DNA from: Eutreptiella sp. 'Long Island Sound 2002'
Lineage: Eukaryota > Protista > Euglenida
Assembly: GCA_964036045.1 (NCBI GenBank)
Contig: OZ038379.1
Coordinates: 54,746,001 to 54,810,000 of the forward strand
DNA: 64,000 bases
Reading direction: 5' to 3'
In this document: piece after piece, positions 1-12,380 of the stretch
Numbering within the stretch: the stretch's first letter is position 1
How the letters are laid out: each line of letters opens with the position of its first letter
The notes under the pieces: model-generated
The model's database searches: none
What the model saw: only the letters and a program-made list of their open reading frames with translations
Told to the model about the DNA's origin: nothing
Made by a program: the position numbers and the translations under genes

Positions 1-2924
1 ACACAATTCTCCGAAAAAACCGGGGCATAGCCCGCAGCATAATTTCGGAGTGGTGCCCATTTGCCAAATATGCCGACATGGATGTTGCTTCCTCGCACCC
101 CCAAAGGTCCAAATGCCTAAGGTAGCTCAAAAAAGATGTTGTTGTATAATGAGCTATAAAATGGGCAACCAAAAGGGCCCCATTCCTAAGCCAGGCTTGC
201 TACTACCTAGTATGTGGACACGAAGATAGACGATGGTTCGTTGGGTTCCCGAAGTTGGGGTTTCCCTCCGGTAAGATTTGTCGACACTTTGGATTTGAAG
301 GACGTTCTACATCCCTCAAGCTGCCAGAGAAGGCCTAGTGGATTTTTTGGGTGGAAGAGGGGGGGGGGAGGGGGGCTATATGACATGTGTTCCTTGCATT
401 TCCACTCGCAGTTGCCCCAGCCCACCCTACGCCTCTCGATGCTGGGGTGCCATACATGTCTTGCTTTTGATATGATGAAGCCCGCGAAGTCGAATCCTCG
501 TGGCATGCTGATCCATGATGACACTCATAGGACCTTGCTTTGATGACTTCAATGGTGCATAGACCAAATTGTTCTCGGCCCATGCATTTTCGCCTAATGG
601 CTTAACAAGGAGGTTGAGCCCTGTTAAGTTTTCATTTCCAATTCGCCCCCCATGGTTGTCCGTACAAATGCCGATCCCGTTGCCATTTGGAACATTTTTC
701 TGCCGATCAAAGCCGTGTGCCATGTCCTTGTCTTATGAACTCGTTGGACATACCAGCAAAAGGGCTCTTGCCTATTTTCCCGAGCTGTGTGTTGTCCCAT
801 TTTTTGGTTTCTGTCTGTTAGAAAGCCTTTCGGACGTTTTGTGCAAAGATGCTTTGGTGAACTTCCGAGCAAAGATATATGGAATCTTCGGGATGAGAGG
901 TGATGACAACAAAAATGCCGTGGATGTGAGCACCAACGTATCCCACGCATAGCAACAATACCTTGGAGCATCAGAAGACCCCTCTTGACGACTGGTTTGA
1001 CATATAACCAGACCCCATAACCCACATGGGACAAACCACCGCCCGGGTACGGTTGACGAAATCGTACATGCCCTTTTTTTGCAACTTGTTACATTGCACA
1101 CTCCAAAGTATGGCCGCATCGACCGCCGGCCACTTCAAGAAACGCCAGCAAAGGCATTTAAGGCACGGGGGGGTTCAAAAGTTGCCAAAACCACGACCGC
1201 GGTTGTGAACATACAAATCAGCATTTGGTGGGTCACGTAGTACACACAACAATGAATCCGGTGTAGTGTTTTGTACATTGTATATGGCACACAACATCAC
1301 TGAAGAACCGTGCGCGTTGTAAGCTATCACCACAAACCATTCCCCATGTACTCGAAGTGACCCCCGGGCAATCATCGCAAGCTTTTTTGTCATTTGTGGA
1401 CCGGTGAGGTTTTGAATCGGGATGCCTAGCAACACGTGGGGCATGGGCCATGAAACCAACACCATGCATTTGGCTAGGACGAACGGAGGCGGTGGCCCGC
1501 ATCAGTCAATTGCAATGCACTGTGTGTATGGGGCCGTGGGTGCTCCTTAACGCATTTTTGTGGACCTCCCATTGTCTTGCTCCATAATGTTGCACCACAT
1601 TATATGGCTCACCCAAGGGTGTCCTCACAACCAACTAAACCCCGGTCCCAATTAACACCACGGGCCCATTTTTATGTGTTGGTGCGCGATTTTACTTTTT
1701 GCATGATTTTATTGCGTGCTTTGGTGTGACGTGCATTCGTGTTTTCTTTCTTTCGTCGGTGCAAATTCTTTCCCAAGGTGAAGCGTCGCATTGCGTTTTA
1801 CATTGTTCCACCACGAGGCACACTATTAGCACCCAATCCCACACCCAAAGTCACCTCAAAGCTCATTCCCACGCTAATGTCCGTCGCGGGTGTTCTTGGC
1901 GTGAGGTAAAATCTTGGAGGCTGTGGTGTATGGAACCGAGGTGTTTTGGGTTGTGTCCTGTGCTGTTGTGATCTGGGGGACCATGTCGTATGGGGCTGCC
2001 TTGTGTTGTCTTGTGTGGGGAAGCGGTGCTTGGACTTATGGTGATTGGGGCTGCGGTGTCCAAGGCTGTCGTTTGTGGGGTCTTGTTGTGTATGGTTCTA
2101 GGGTGTAGAATGGTAGTTAATTGGGATGTGCACCCTTTGCGTACCGCACTGATCAATGAAGATTCGCCCGTCAGTGCCTTTCGGCCTATTTTGCCGCTTG
2201 TTCCGTGTGTTTGTGCCCGTTTGTTGTGCTTAGTTCGCCAAACCTCACAAAAAATTGCCAATACGCGAAATTTAGTGCGACCAGTTGTAAACGGAATTTA
2301 CATTCGCAAAGAATTGTTCAATTCGCGCGAGGATGGCGCGAATATGCGCTATCTTCATCGAGTTCGGCACACTTGTGTGCTTTCGTCCCCCTTGTGCGGC
2401 TCTGATTTTCTCTTGCTATTGCCCTCTCGCAACATGGGAGCCTTCCCGACTCACCCGCCGACACCCACACCCCCTTCCAAGCCCTCCCCTGCCAACTGCA
2501 CATGGTGGAGGAGGCCACCTACACGGGGGGCCTGCTTGCGGGGGAGGTGGTGGTGTGCGTGAAGGGTTTGGACTCCTACCCCACCGTCATCTATATTGAT
2601 TTGAGGGAACCCGACCGTTGGGCCGCCCTCGGCAAGAAGGGTGGGCAACAGAGCAATGAGAAGAAGCAATGTACTCCTACTATGGCGGCCCGTGACACCG
2701 CAGATCCCATGGCCGGCATGCAGCGTCGCGTCGAGTTTCGCAAGGCAGAGGACGTTCCTTCGAGCAGCGCTAGGGATTCCCCTCACGCCCCCTGCCCCGG
2801 CTGCCAGGCCACATTCTTAGCATTATTCGTGGCCTAGCCCGTTGCCAACTTGGTTGACGCCTGGTAACCGGCCGGCGCTCGCGCCATCACAGTCCCATAT
2901 ATCGCACGAAGCCGCCCCCCCCTA

Positions 2925-3075
2925 CCTTGGAGGTAGGGGGGGGGTTGGGGGGGGGTGGGGGGGGGTAAGGGGGGGAGGTAAGGGGGGGTTGGGGGGGGTA
3001 GGGGGGGGGTAAGGGGGGGGAGGTATGGGGGGGGGAGGTAGGGGGGGGAGGTAGGGGGGGGAGGTAGGGGGGGGG
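2925..3075 (+). repeat. G-rich low-complexity tract (GGGGGGGAGGTA-like units), potential G-quadruplex
   Basis: Runs of 6-10 G separated by AGGTA/TA/TT; produces the spurious poly-Pro ORF on the minus strand. Confidence 0.9.
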
Positions 3076-3084
3076 GCGACTCCG

Positions 3085-3420
3085 CGGGTCCTAGGACGCC
3101 AACTACCCCCCCCCCCCCCAGGGGCCTCCGGCCGACAGTTAGTTGTCAAAGGTATGGGCCCAAGGAGCCAACGGGCGCCGAAGGCGCCCAATGGGGTTAT
3201 GTAGCCACCTTGCCCACTTGTGGGCCCTTTTCTGATTCTGCCCCCCGCTCTGAGGCGGTGGGGATCCCCTAGGCGGCAGGGGTTATATAGCCACCTTGCC
3301 CCATCCTTGCCCACAAGTGAGCCAATTCTGATTCTGCCTCCCCGCTCTATAGCGGTGGCTATTTGGGCGTCTGGCCGTACTAGAGACCCATAATTTGATG
3401 TACTAGGGGCCCCTAGGGGC
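3085..3420. repeat. Dispersed minisatellite family, ~100-110 bp unit (core GTAGCCACCTTGCCCAC...TTCTGATTCTGCCCCCCGCTC)
   Basis: Core repeated here and again near 4070, 26040-26300, 39830 and 60940-61230. Confidence 0.85.
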
Positions 3421-3430
3421 ATCATGGTGA

Positions 3431-3875
3431 CCCCCGGCGTAGGTTTTGACTTCTAATTTTGTTCCCTTTGTTGGGGACCCCCGAGAATGCAGGGGTGATG
3501 TAGCATTTTCGCCCTCTTTTGGGCCCCAACCGTCCGGTGCTAATGAGAAAACCGGGACAATCTTCGAATCCACGCTTTGTTGCGTGGTGCATGAGGGTGA
3601 CCCCCGGCGTGGGTTTTCACTTCTGATTTTGTTCCCTCTGTTGGGGACCCCCGAGAATGCAGGGGTGATGTAGCATTTCCGCCCTCTTTTGGGCCCCAAC
3701 CGTCCGGTGCTATTGAGGAAACCGGGACAATATTTGAATCCACGCTTTGTTGCGTGGTGCATCAGGGTGTCCCCCGGCGTAGGTTTTGACTTCTGATTTT
3801 GTTCCCTTTGTTGGGGACCCCCGAGAATGCAGGGGTGATGTAGCATTTCCGCCCTCTTTTGGGCCCCAACCATCA
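3431..3875. repeat. Tandem repeat, 170-bp unit, ~2.6 copies
   Basis: CCCCCGGCGT(A/G)GGTTTT unit starts at 3431, 3601 and 3771. Confidence 0.92.
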
Positions 3876-4156
3876 TGGTGAGATGTAGCCAATTCGCCGA
3901 GACCGGCACTTGAAGATCCCTGCCTCGAGCTTTCATACCCCAGCTCCAGGAGGAGTCAATCAGGGGCTTGGAGATCCCTGCCTCGAGCTTTTCCGCGGCT
4001 CGAGAAGGAGGCATTCAGGTGCTTTCTTTCTTCTCTTCCTGTCTCATAGGCGTAGGCGTAGGCAGGGGTGACGTAGCCACCTTGCCCACAAGTGGGCCGA
4101 TTCTGATTGTCGCGTCTGTGGCGTCGCGATTTTCCGCGTTTTCTTAGGTAAGTGCG

Positions 4157-4212
4157 GGGTTACAAGTGAGACCGGTTTACAGGGTTACAAGTGCAAGTTA
4201 CAGGGCAAGGGC
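4157..4212 (+). repeat. Short direct repeats (GGGTTACAAGTG-like, 2-3 copies) just upstream of the KDZ-like remnant
   Basis: GGGTTACAAGTG occurs twice plus a partial TTACAGGG copy; possibly subterminal repeats (inference). Confidence 0.55.
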
Positions 4213-4432
4213 ATCATGCAGCCTGTGCATTTGTGACCACGGCTTTTTCATCACCCATTCTACAGGATATTGTGCATCACCATGAATTACGATTCAGTCG
4301 AGGACGTGGTTGCAACATATGTTGCTCGCTATGCACAGCACTATAGGCAATTCTGGTCGCATCCTTGGCCCACAAGGCCCGTCAACGCACTGTTGGTAGA
4401 CTTGCAGACCGTGAGGATTCAAGGCAACTTCG

Positions 4433-6811
4433 ATGCATGTGTTCCGCGCCCTCAATCGCTTGCGTCAATGTGGCGTTTTGGAGTTGACATACCAGCCGCC
4501 GATGTATTTGTTGCCGTTCTGTGATGCCTGCCACGCGTGCGGTGGGAATCTGGAAGCAGCCCATGTTACCACCCTAGAAGTATTGGGGAATGCAGAGGTG
4601 CTCATTCCGCGTACCATGTAATCCGCTCTGCCAATGTTGTAAGTACCATATTGCGTTCCCGTTCTTCCTTAAGGGAGGCCGAAGGATATTCAACTTCTGA
4701 AGGGCACCTGTACTTCGTGCGACATAGACTACACCTACGATGGTTTCACCGTTGGTGGTAAATCCTAGCGACTCACCGAGGAACGGCCATACATGATGGT
4801 CACGAATAGGTGTGTGCAACGTCCGTTTTTGCGTCCATTTCCAAGATGTGTGCCTACAGTGCATAGCATCTGTGCAATATTTAGGTCCGTCTTGCGCAAG
4901 CGCGACATCGATGACACGGAAGTGAGGTTGACGCTGCAACATGCTAGCTTCCACACACAAGGTCTTGTGTTGGGGATACCGCCAAAGATTTTGAAGAAGG
5001 GTTTGTTCTTGCGTTGGGCCATGCGCTATCACCGAGAGCAGATGGTGCAGGACGTCATGCCCGATACGGATCTCCGGGATGACTCACTCTTTGAGATGTT
5101 GAACACCCGCATCCGTAGCAATGGAATGCCTTCGCGGCACCATAGGTGTGTGTTTACTACAGTGGTGTTACCCTTCGGTTTGGTGAGTGGACAACTACCA
5201 TCTCTTGTTTGTGTCATGTGTAGGTGCACAACAGCGGGGCCCCAGCATGTGAGGCACATGAGTTTCAAGAAGGCTGGGGACAACCAAGTGGCATACCTTA
5301 CTGCAGGTCTCCAGAGGTTTGAGGAGGTGGTGATTCTGGACGGGCACGAGAAGGTTTGCCGCCCTGTGTGTCAACATCAACGTGGTGAGCGGGGACTACA
5401 TCCAACAACAGGCTTGAACATCCCTTTGCAATGCTCCCAATGGCCTCACAAGACTACTGGTTCTGCCTACTACCGTGAGCATAAACCTGTGGATCAACCG
5501 GTCGTTCCCAAACTTTTGGATGAGAGCGATGATGAAGAAGATGAGGTGATTGCCCTCCGTACGCGGTCCAAGCGCGCGCAGCCCCCAAGTCCAGCGTCAG
5601 CAACATCCTCACCCGCCCTAAAGCGAGTGGCCCTTGATCAGCCCGACGTGGACGGTATCGCGAAGCAGCTGCTTGCCACCGATTTGAAGGGGAAGGACGA
5701 TCCTTTGTCCCCATCCAGTGCCGAATCTACGTCTTCCTGTGGTGCTCCTGTTGGTGCTGGAGGTGTGTGGCGGTAACCTAACGCCTTGGAAGCACTTCTC
5801 CGTTCCATGTTGCCATCATGTTACTCTTATCGTTGTAGGTGATCCAGCCGCGGAAAAAGAGGCCACTGTTGACGAAGGTGAATTGCACGGTGATGACGCG
5901 ATGCCGGATGAGGCAGCAGCTCCTGCTTCCCTTCCTCCGGGCAGTGCCCCTAAGGCCGTGGCACAGAAGAAGGATAGCGAAGGTTCCTGCTTCGTCGTGT
6001 TCCTGCTCCGTAGATTCGCTGCCACTTTACGCATATCACGTTTTCTTTCGTCACATGGGTATGTTTCGTCTTTCTTCCCGACAAGTTGAGGCACCATGAA
6101 GTGGTAATGTCGGAGGGCGTCAGGAATCAGCTGAGGACCCTTAGTATTGAAGTTGCGGGTTTCAAGGAGTGGGATGCGGACAAAGAGGCGCAGGACTTCC
6201 AAAAGTTGCGGGAGCCACGCGCCGGTTTGTCTGTGGCGAACTACGACAAAGTTGTGACCTTCTTCTTGTTGCGCTTGCGTGGCAACGAACCCATCGCGGT
6301 CCGCCCGGTGATGAAGGGCATCTTCGGCAAGGGGCAAGTGAAGTGCCCAAGTACAGTGGGTGTGTACAACTACACATGCGTTGCGAACGGGCCTTTTGTT
6401 GGTCGCAATACATCTCTTCTTTACTTTCGTCCTTTCCTCCTTGCAACAGGTAAGGCCGTGCTGCTGCGCTTTCAGTATGAGGGGATGTTGCTGATGCTGA
6501 CGAAGAAGTCCCCCATGGCACCGGTGCCTTCGCTGTGGATTGTGTTGTTGCCTGTGCGTGGCCCAACCCACATTATGCAGCACTATGGTGTGGAGCAAGT
6601 CGACTTGAACAGGCGCGTGCAGCTGGTGCCGCCGAAAAGTTTCTTGCTGCGGAACAAGACCGTGGAGAAGCAGCAGCCGAAGGTTAATTGGTGTTCCGGA
6701 GTAGTCAGTCGGCAGTGTAAGTACGTGTTGTCTACATCACCGTCTACTTGCATTCATCGCTCCCATGGTGCCATTGGCACATGGTGCCCATTGGTTACAC
6801 ACTGTATTTAA
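4433..6811 (+). pseudogene. Decayed KDZ (Kyakuja-like) transposase with CxC-type cysteine clusters
   Basis: Cys clusters CDACHACG (~4520) and CTSCDIDYTYDG (~4710), then HHRC, VILDGHEKVCRPVC (~5330) and CSQWP...AYYREH (~5430-5480). This order resembles the CxC5-DG-CxC6 layout of Kyakuja-type transposases. Broken by stops and frameshifts; the C-terminal catalytic residues are not clearly seen. Confidence 0.5.
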
Positions 6812-7184
6812 GTTTTCACATGTGTCCTCCGTTGTTTGAGTCCATCATATATGGCACCTTTTGCGTGGGCCGATATGCCGTGGTATTGTGTTCCTACTGC
6901 GGTGGCTTGTCGCTTGTCTTCTGCATTCTTTGGTGTGCCGCCATGCTTGGCACCCTGCGTCCATACTCGTTCTTCTGTTCATAGTCACGTGTTGACTTTG
7001 GCGCTGCATACGGTGCAGCAACACATTGGACTCGAGTCCTAGCAATCACTCACCATGGGTCGCAGTTCCTGTTTTGATTTCGTGGCTGTTGTGCTTGCAT
7101 TGGTCTCCTCTTTGCAGATGGGGTGGAGGTGTTTGGGCGAGATGGGAGCCGTAGCAAAGAACGGTTAGGTGGTGCGTAGGAGTG

Positions 7185-8450
7185 AAGTTCTTTAAGGGGC
7201 CACAGGCAAGGCGGTACGCACAGAAGGCGGGGCGAACACAAGGCGGAACACACAAAAGGCGGTCTGTGGCCACCGCAGGAGTCTTGTTATTTAAGGGGCC
7301 ACAGGCAAGGCGTTGCACACACAACGCGGTAAACACAAAAGGCGGTCTGTGGCCACCGCAAGAGTCATGTTAGTTAAGGGGCCTCAAGCAAGGCGGTGCA
7401 CACACAAGGCGGAACACACAAAAGGCGGTCTGTAGCCACCGCAGGAGTCTTGTTATTTCAGGGGCCACAAGCAAGGCGGTGCACACACAAGGCGGTGCAC
7501 ACACAAGGCCGTAAACACAAAAGGCGGTCTGTGGCCACCGCAGGAGTCAGGTTATTTAAGGGGCCAAAGGGAAGGCGTTGCACACACAAGGCGGAACACA
7601 CAAAAGGCGGTCTGTGGCCAATGCAGGAGTCTTGTTATTTAAGGGGCCACAGGCAAGGCGGTGCACACACAAGGCGGTGCACACACAAGGCGGATCACAC
7701 CAAAGGCGGCCTGTGGCCACCGCAGGAGTCATGTTAGTTGAGGGGCCACAAGCAAGGCCGTGCACACGCAAGGCGGAACACACAAAAGGCGGCCTGTGGC
7801 CACCGCAGGAGTCTTGTTATTTAAGGGGCCACAGGCAAGGCGGTGCACACACAAGGCGTTGCACACCCAAGGCGGAACACACAAAAGGCGGTCTTTGGCC
7901 ACCGCAGGAGTCTTGTTACTTAAGGGGCCACAGGCAAGGCGGTGCACACACAAGGCGGTGCACACACAAGGCGGATCACACCAAAGGCGGCCTGTGGCCA
8001 CCGCAGGAGTCATGTTAGTTGAGGGGCCACAAGCAAGGCCGTGCACACGCAAGGCGGAACACACAAAAGGCGGCCTGTGGCCACCGCAGGAGTCTTGTTA
8101 TTTAAGGGGCCACAGGCAAGGCGGTGCACACACAAGGCGTTGCACACCCAAGGCGGAACACACAAAAGGCGGTCTTTGGCCACCGCAGGAGTCTTGTTAC
8201 TTAAGGGGCCACAGGCAAGGCGGTGCACACACAAGGCTGTGCACACAAAAGGCGGCCTGTGGCCACCGCAGGAGTCTTGTTATTTAAGGGGCCACAGGCA
8301 AGGGGGTGCACACACAAGGCGGTGCACACACAAGGCGGAACACACAAAAGGCGGTCTCTGGCCATCGCAGCAGTCTTGTTTTTTAAGGGGCCACAGGCAA
8401 CGCGGTGCACACACAAGGCTGTGCAGCCAAAAGGCGGTCTACCAAGACAA
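7185..8450. repeat. Tandem minisatellite, 82-99 bp monomers with a 281-bp higher-order duplication
   Basis: GGCGG(T/C)CTGTGGCCACCGCAGGAGTCTTGTTATTTAAGGGGCCACAGGCAAGG repeated >10 times; the variant CGGATCACACC recurs at 7691 and 7972 (281 bp apart). Confidence 0.95.
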
Positions 8451-8810
8451 GGGTGTGGGTGGGGTGGGGGGCGGGGGTTGCTCGGGAAGGGCGGGGGGGA
8501 TGGGGGGTTGGTACTGGGGGGGGGCGGGGCAGGTAGGAGTGGCAACGTAGGGGGGGGAGGTAGGGTTGGGGGAGACGAAGTGGGGGGGGGGGAGGTAGGG
8601 AGGGGAAGAGGTAAGGGGGGGGGAGGTAGGGGGGAGGAAGGTAGCGGGGGGAGGTAGGGGGGGGAGGTAGGGGGGGGAGGTAGGGGGGGGGTAGGGGGGG
8701 GTTGGGGGGGGTAGTGGGGGGTAGAGGGGGGTAGGGGGGGGTTGGGGGGGGTTGGGGGGGGTAGGGGGGGTAGGGGGGGGGAGGTAGGGGGGGTGGTAGG
8801 GGGGGGCGAC
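8450..8810 (+). repeat. Second G-rich tract, same type as 2925-3075
   Basis: GGGGGGGAGGTA-like units; both tracts end in ...GGGGGGCGACT. Confidence 0.9.
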
Positions 8811-10101
8811 TTCGTGCATACTATCCACAGTCCTATCAATTTTGCGTATGTTGTCCCCCTTTGCCTGGAAGTTGGAGCTCCTGGGGCGCACATGTACCGG
8901 CGTCAAAATGATCTGGCCCGTGTCCGGCAGGTGTTGCACGGAGTACACTGCACCTACCTCCCGGGAGACGTCCCTTGTTTTATGTGGACTTGACTTAGAA
9001 AATCTTGCGAAGATGGCGAGAACATCGCGCGATACTCGCGAACTTCTCAAAGCCTCACATGAGAGTCATGGTGGCTGAATCACGCGCAACACGCACGATC
9101 CTCCCGACATTGTTCCAAATGTATTGTACAAGGGTTGCAATCTTCGCGACACTGTTCCTAATTGAATGTATAATGGCACTATAGTGAGTCTTAGCTCCCA
9201 CTGCTGGCAGTCCAAGATCCCGCGGGGGGTTTTGGTATCAAAGAATTCGGGGTGCAACGAGCCTCCACCATGACCTCCGTGGGGTACTTGGAGGCCAAGT
9301 GTCATGGGTGGACATTGTCTTGGCATAGTCAGGGAGGACACTTTCCATAGTGTGCCCCCCGCTTGATTGCTCCGACGGCAAGAGACGCACTGTCGAATGC
9401 ACTGCACACAGCGGGGCCTTGGTGGCCTCGGCTTCGCCTACCGCTAAACTTGCCCGCGAATTTCGCGTGAATTTCACATAATCAGACCTTCGAGTCGAAT
9501 GTTGGGTACCAAGAATTTCATACAATTTTCGCACGAATGTCGCACGAATTTCACACCGATTTCACATGGCTAATGCACAACTCTCACATGCGAAGTTCAC
9601 TTGCTAGAGCTCCACCCCAGCTCCATCCACGCTATGAGGCGCTTCGAGCCCCACACCCAACAGCACCCGGAGAAGGGGCCTATGCAGCAGGCTGGCAGCT
9701 CCAGTTAGTCCCATTTGGCATCCCAATCTAGCTCGGAGCCCCTGGCCGAGTCCGAACCGGAGCTTGGGTTGGATCGCTGGATCCATGTCATTCCATGTTC
9801 AATTTTGGCACCGGGACCACAGGGTACAACGGGCCCCAGTTTGGCAGGCCGTCTGTTTGCCCACACCAGCGATTGCTGTTGCCTCGGAACCCTGGTGACT
9901 CAGATTAAAGTCAATATGGTTAATTTTAATTTTTAATATATGAACCGGTTAACTTATTAATCTCGCAAATATTAACACGTTAACGTTCAATTTTTTTGAT
10001 TGGGTCATTTGTACTCATTTTTCCATGCACATATGACGGCCAATAAGGGGTGTCACGTGGTATATTGTTGCACAATGGCATAGTACAGATGTTCCAATGT
10101 T

Positions 10102-12170
10102 GTGTTGGTGGGTGTCTTGGACACCCCCCCCTCCGGTTGCCCGCATTCCCCCCCACTCCACACTACCATGCTCCGTTGTATAGGTCTTGTTATGCCTTTC
10201 TCTTGGGACACCCTTACTAAGCTTAGCATGAGGCTTGTGCATTTGAGTGGGACCAAGAGTTTGCGGGACCCTTTGGTCTCCCAACTCCTTGGTGAGTGGG
10301 TGGCTTCATCTCCCTTGGCCTGGGCCCGATGGTCCGAGGCCACGGAGGTTGGCTACCCCTCCCTCATTCGTGACAAGCAAAAGGAGGCGGTGAAGCAATA
10401 TGCCTCCCTCCTCTTCCCGGCCCCGGACCTCATCGGCCTACTCATGACCTTGAACGTCCCCAAGCTTGGCTTCCGGCACATGTCGGAGTATATGAGCCGC
10501 CGGGGGTCGGCCTACACGGCCGCAACCGGCCTCCTGTTCCCCAAGCCCATCCGCACTCGGGATACGTTCACGGACATGTGGAAGGAGCTGGTCACCCCCC
10601 TTGACCTACGGCCGCCCGTGTCCATCCCCGATCCCCACGGGAGTGGGCGCTCTTGGCTGCTCCTGTCATGGGCCCGGTACGTCCAATGACTTCCATCGGT
10701 AATGGACACCATCGATTGGAGGAGGCCCCTCACCTTCATTGTGCGTGAGGATGCGTACCCGTGCGCCGGTAGTAGCTGGAACCAACTCTCCATTGGGCTC
10801 CTCAACCACGGCGCACGGGGCCGCACACCTGCGTACTTGTGGGTGATAGGGATGGCGGTGTGCAGGTACAAGGACATGGCGGCACTAGCAACGATATGGG
10901 CCAACAACGTGAAGGTTTGTGGCCCATTCGTTGTTTGTTAATTTTTCCGTTAATTTCTCCAGATTGATATCTAGATTTCGGTTAATATTAACGCCTACTG
11001 AAAGTTTAACTTAATATTAATCTCGAGAAACTAATGCAAATATTAATCCATGTGCTTTTTGTAGGTATTGCAGTCCATACAAGATTGCAAGAACTTCTAG
11101 GGGGTGTCGCGCTGGGTGCCAAGCGGTTTGGTCATCAGGGGAGACCAACCCTTCGTGCAGCGCCTCATTGGTGTGTCCACCCCACCCATGGTGGGCTCAA
11201 TTTACAATATGGGGGTGTGGGACAAGGTTGCGGCGGCATGGGTCAACGTGGCGACCCGGCGCACATTGGACCGTGAGCACGCGGCCCGCGTGCGCTACAA
11301 GGAGACCGGCCGTAGCTTGGAGAATGGGGGATGCATAGGGGAACCACACATTGTGGTTGGCCGTTGCGTGGTTTTCCAATGCATCCTCCATCGTTGCATA
11401 GCCATAGGCAGGCTGCAAGTGGCTTTCATCGAGACACGCCTCCTGGACCTCACCAAGGAGAACGCCGACGCCGTGCAACGGGTCCTCTACCGGGCCCGCA
11501 CAGGTGTGAAGTCGGGTACGTTGACGGCACCCGACGGAGAGGAGGCCCGTGCGTTGTTCCTCGCGTGGGAGGAACTTGGTCCGTTGTTGGACTACATCCT
11601 GGAGGATTGTGAATGGCAAGCCGTCGTGGCCATCCGTGACCTCCTTCGGGAGTTGTACACAGACAAGCCGCCCCGCGGGGACCCACATGCGGCCGCGGTG
11701 GCGCGCGCCTACTGTGCACATTGTTGCAAGGAGGCGTGCCAATCAAACTACCTCCTTTGTTTGGAGGAGGATGTCACCGAGGCCGTCGCCAACGCACGCC
11801 GCTTGGGTGTTGGGTTGGGTGCTCTGTGCGCGGATGTTGTTGAGAGCCTGTACGCCATCCTTAAGCGCGCATACAATGACCACCCGGGCCGGTGGGGGGG
11901 TTGCCGGGGGCAACCGAACTAGAACGGGAGGCGGAGGTAGTTTTGCAAGTGTGGGAGTGATGGTTTTTAAAATTTGACCGCCGGTTGCGCAATTACGGGA
12001 CCCCCAATACCGCCCCATGCACCATGGCCAACCTCATAGCCACCCGTAGCCCCTCGCCCTCCACCCTTGCTTCCCCTCCGCCAGCTTTGTTTTCGCCTTG
12101 CCATGGACGCGTCCGCAATGCACAAGATGTTGTGCGACATGTTGGCAGCCAACAATCGAACCCTGGTGTG
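10102..12170 (+). pseudogene. DDE transposase of RAG1/Transib/CMC type (element A); intron 10915-11064; in-frame stops at 10687 and 11098; frameshift near 11900
   Basis: Motifs TFIVREDAY (D1 ~10750), IRGDQPFVQRLIG (D2 ~11143), CILH (~11389), LGALCADVVESLYAILKR (E ~11842) and QVWEWWFLKFD; the GT-AG splice keeps the frame; homologous to B, C and D. Confidence 0.78.
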
Positions 12171-12380
12171 GTTTGCTTGTGCACGCTTGCTTGCGTGTTC
12201 CGATTAAATAGTTGCGGGGAGTTTGTCAATATTTCGAGATTAATATTAATAGTCGCGTCCATTAATATTTACTATATTAATTAATCTTTTGGTCGAGAAT
12301 ATTGAATTCAAGAAATTAACTCGGGGGCTTAAAAATTAGAAAAGAATTAATTTTGTTTTTTCGCGTGTTCCTCTCCACAG

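Noticed and set aside
335-1119. Glycosyltransferase hints on the minus strand (YIFARKF; SKTCMAP)
   Set aside because: Isolated short motifs in different broken frames; not enough to call a family.
7185-8450. Regular repeat array resembling CRISPR
   Set aside because: The sequence between repeats is itself repeated (no unique spacers), there are no cas genes, and the context is eukaryotic; it is a minisatellite.
8201-9050. Poly-proline ORFs (also 2922-3425)
   Set aside because: Antisense translation of G-rich tracts.
9890-9900. Resemblance of the TIR start CC(C)T(A/G)GTG to the RSS heptamer CACAGTG
   Set aside because: The critical CAC is absent, B/C/E ends diverge after CCCT, and no nonamer at 12/23 spacing was seen.
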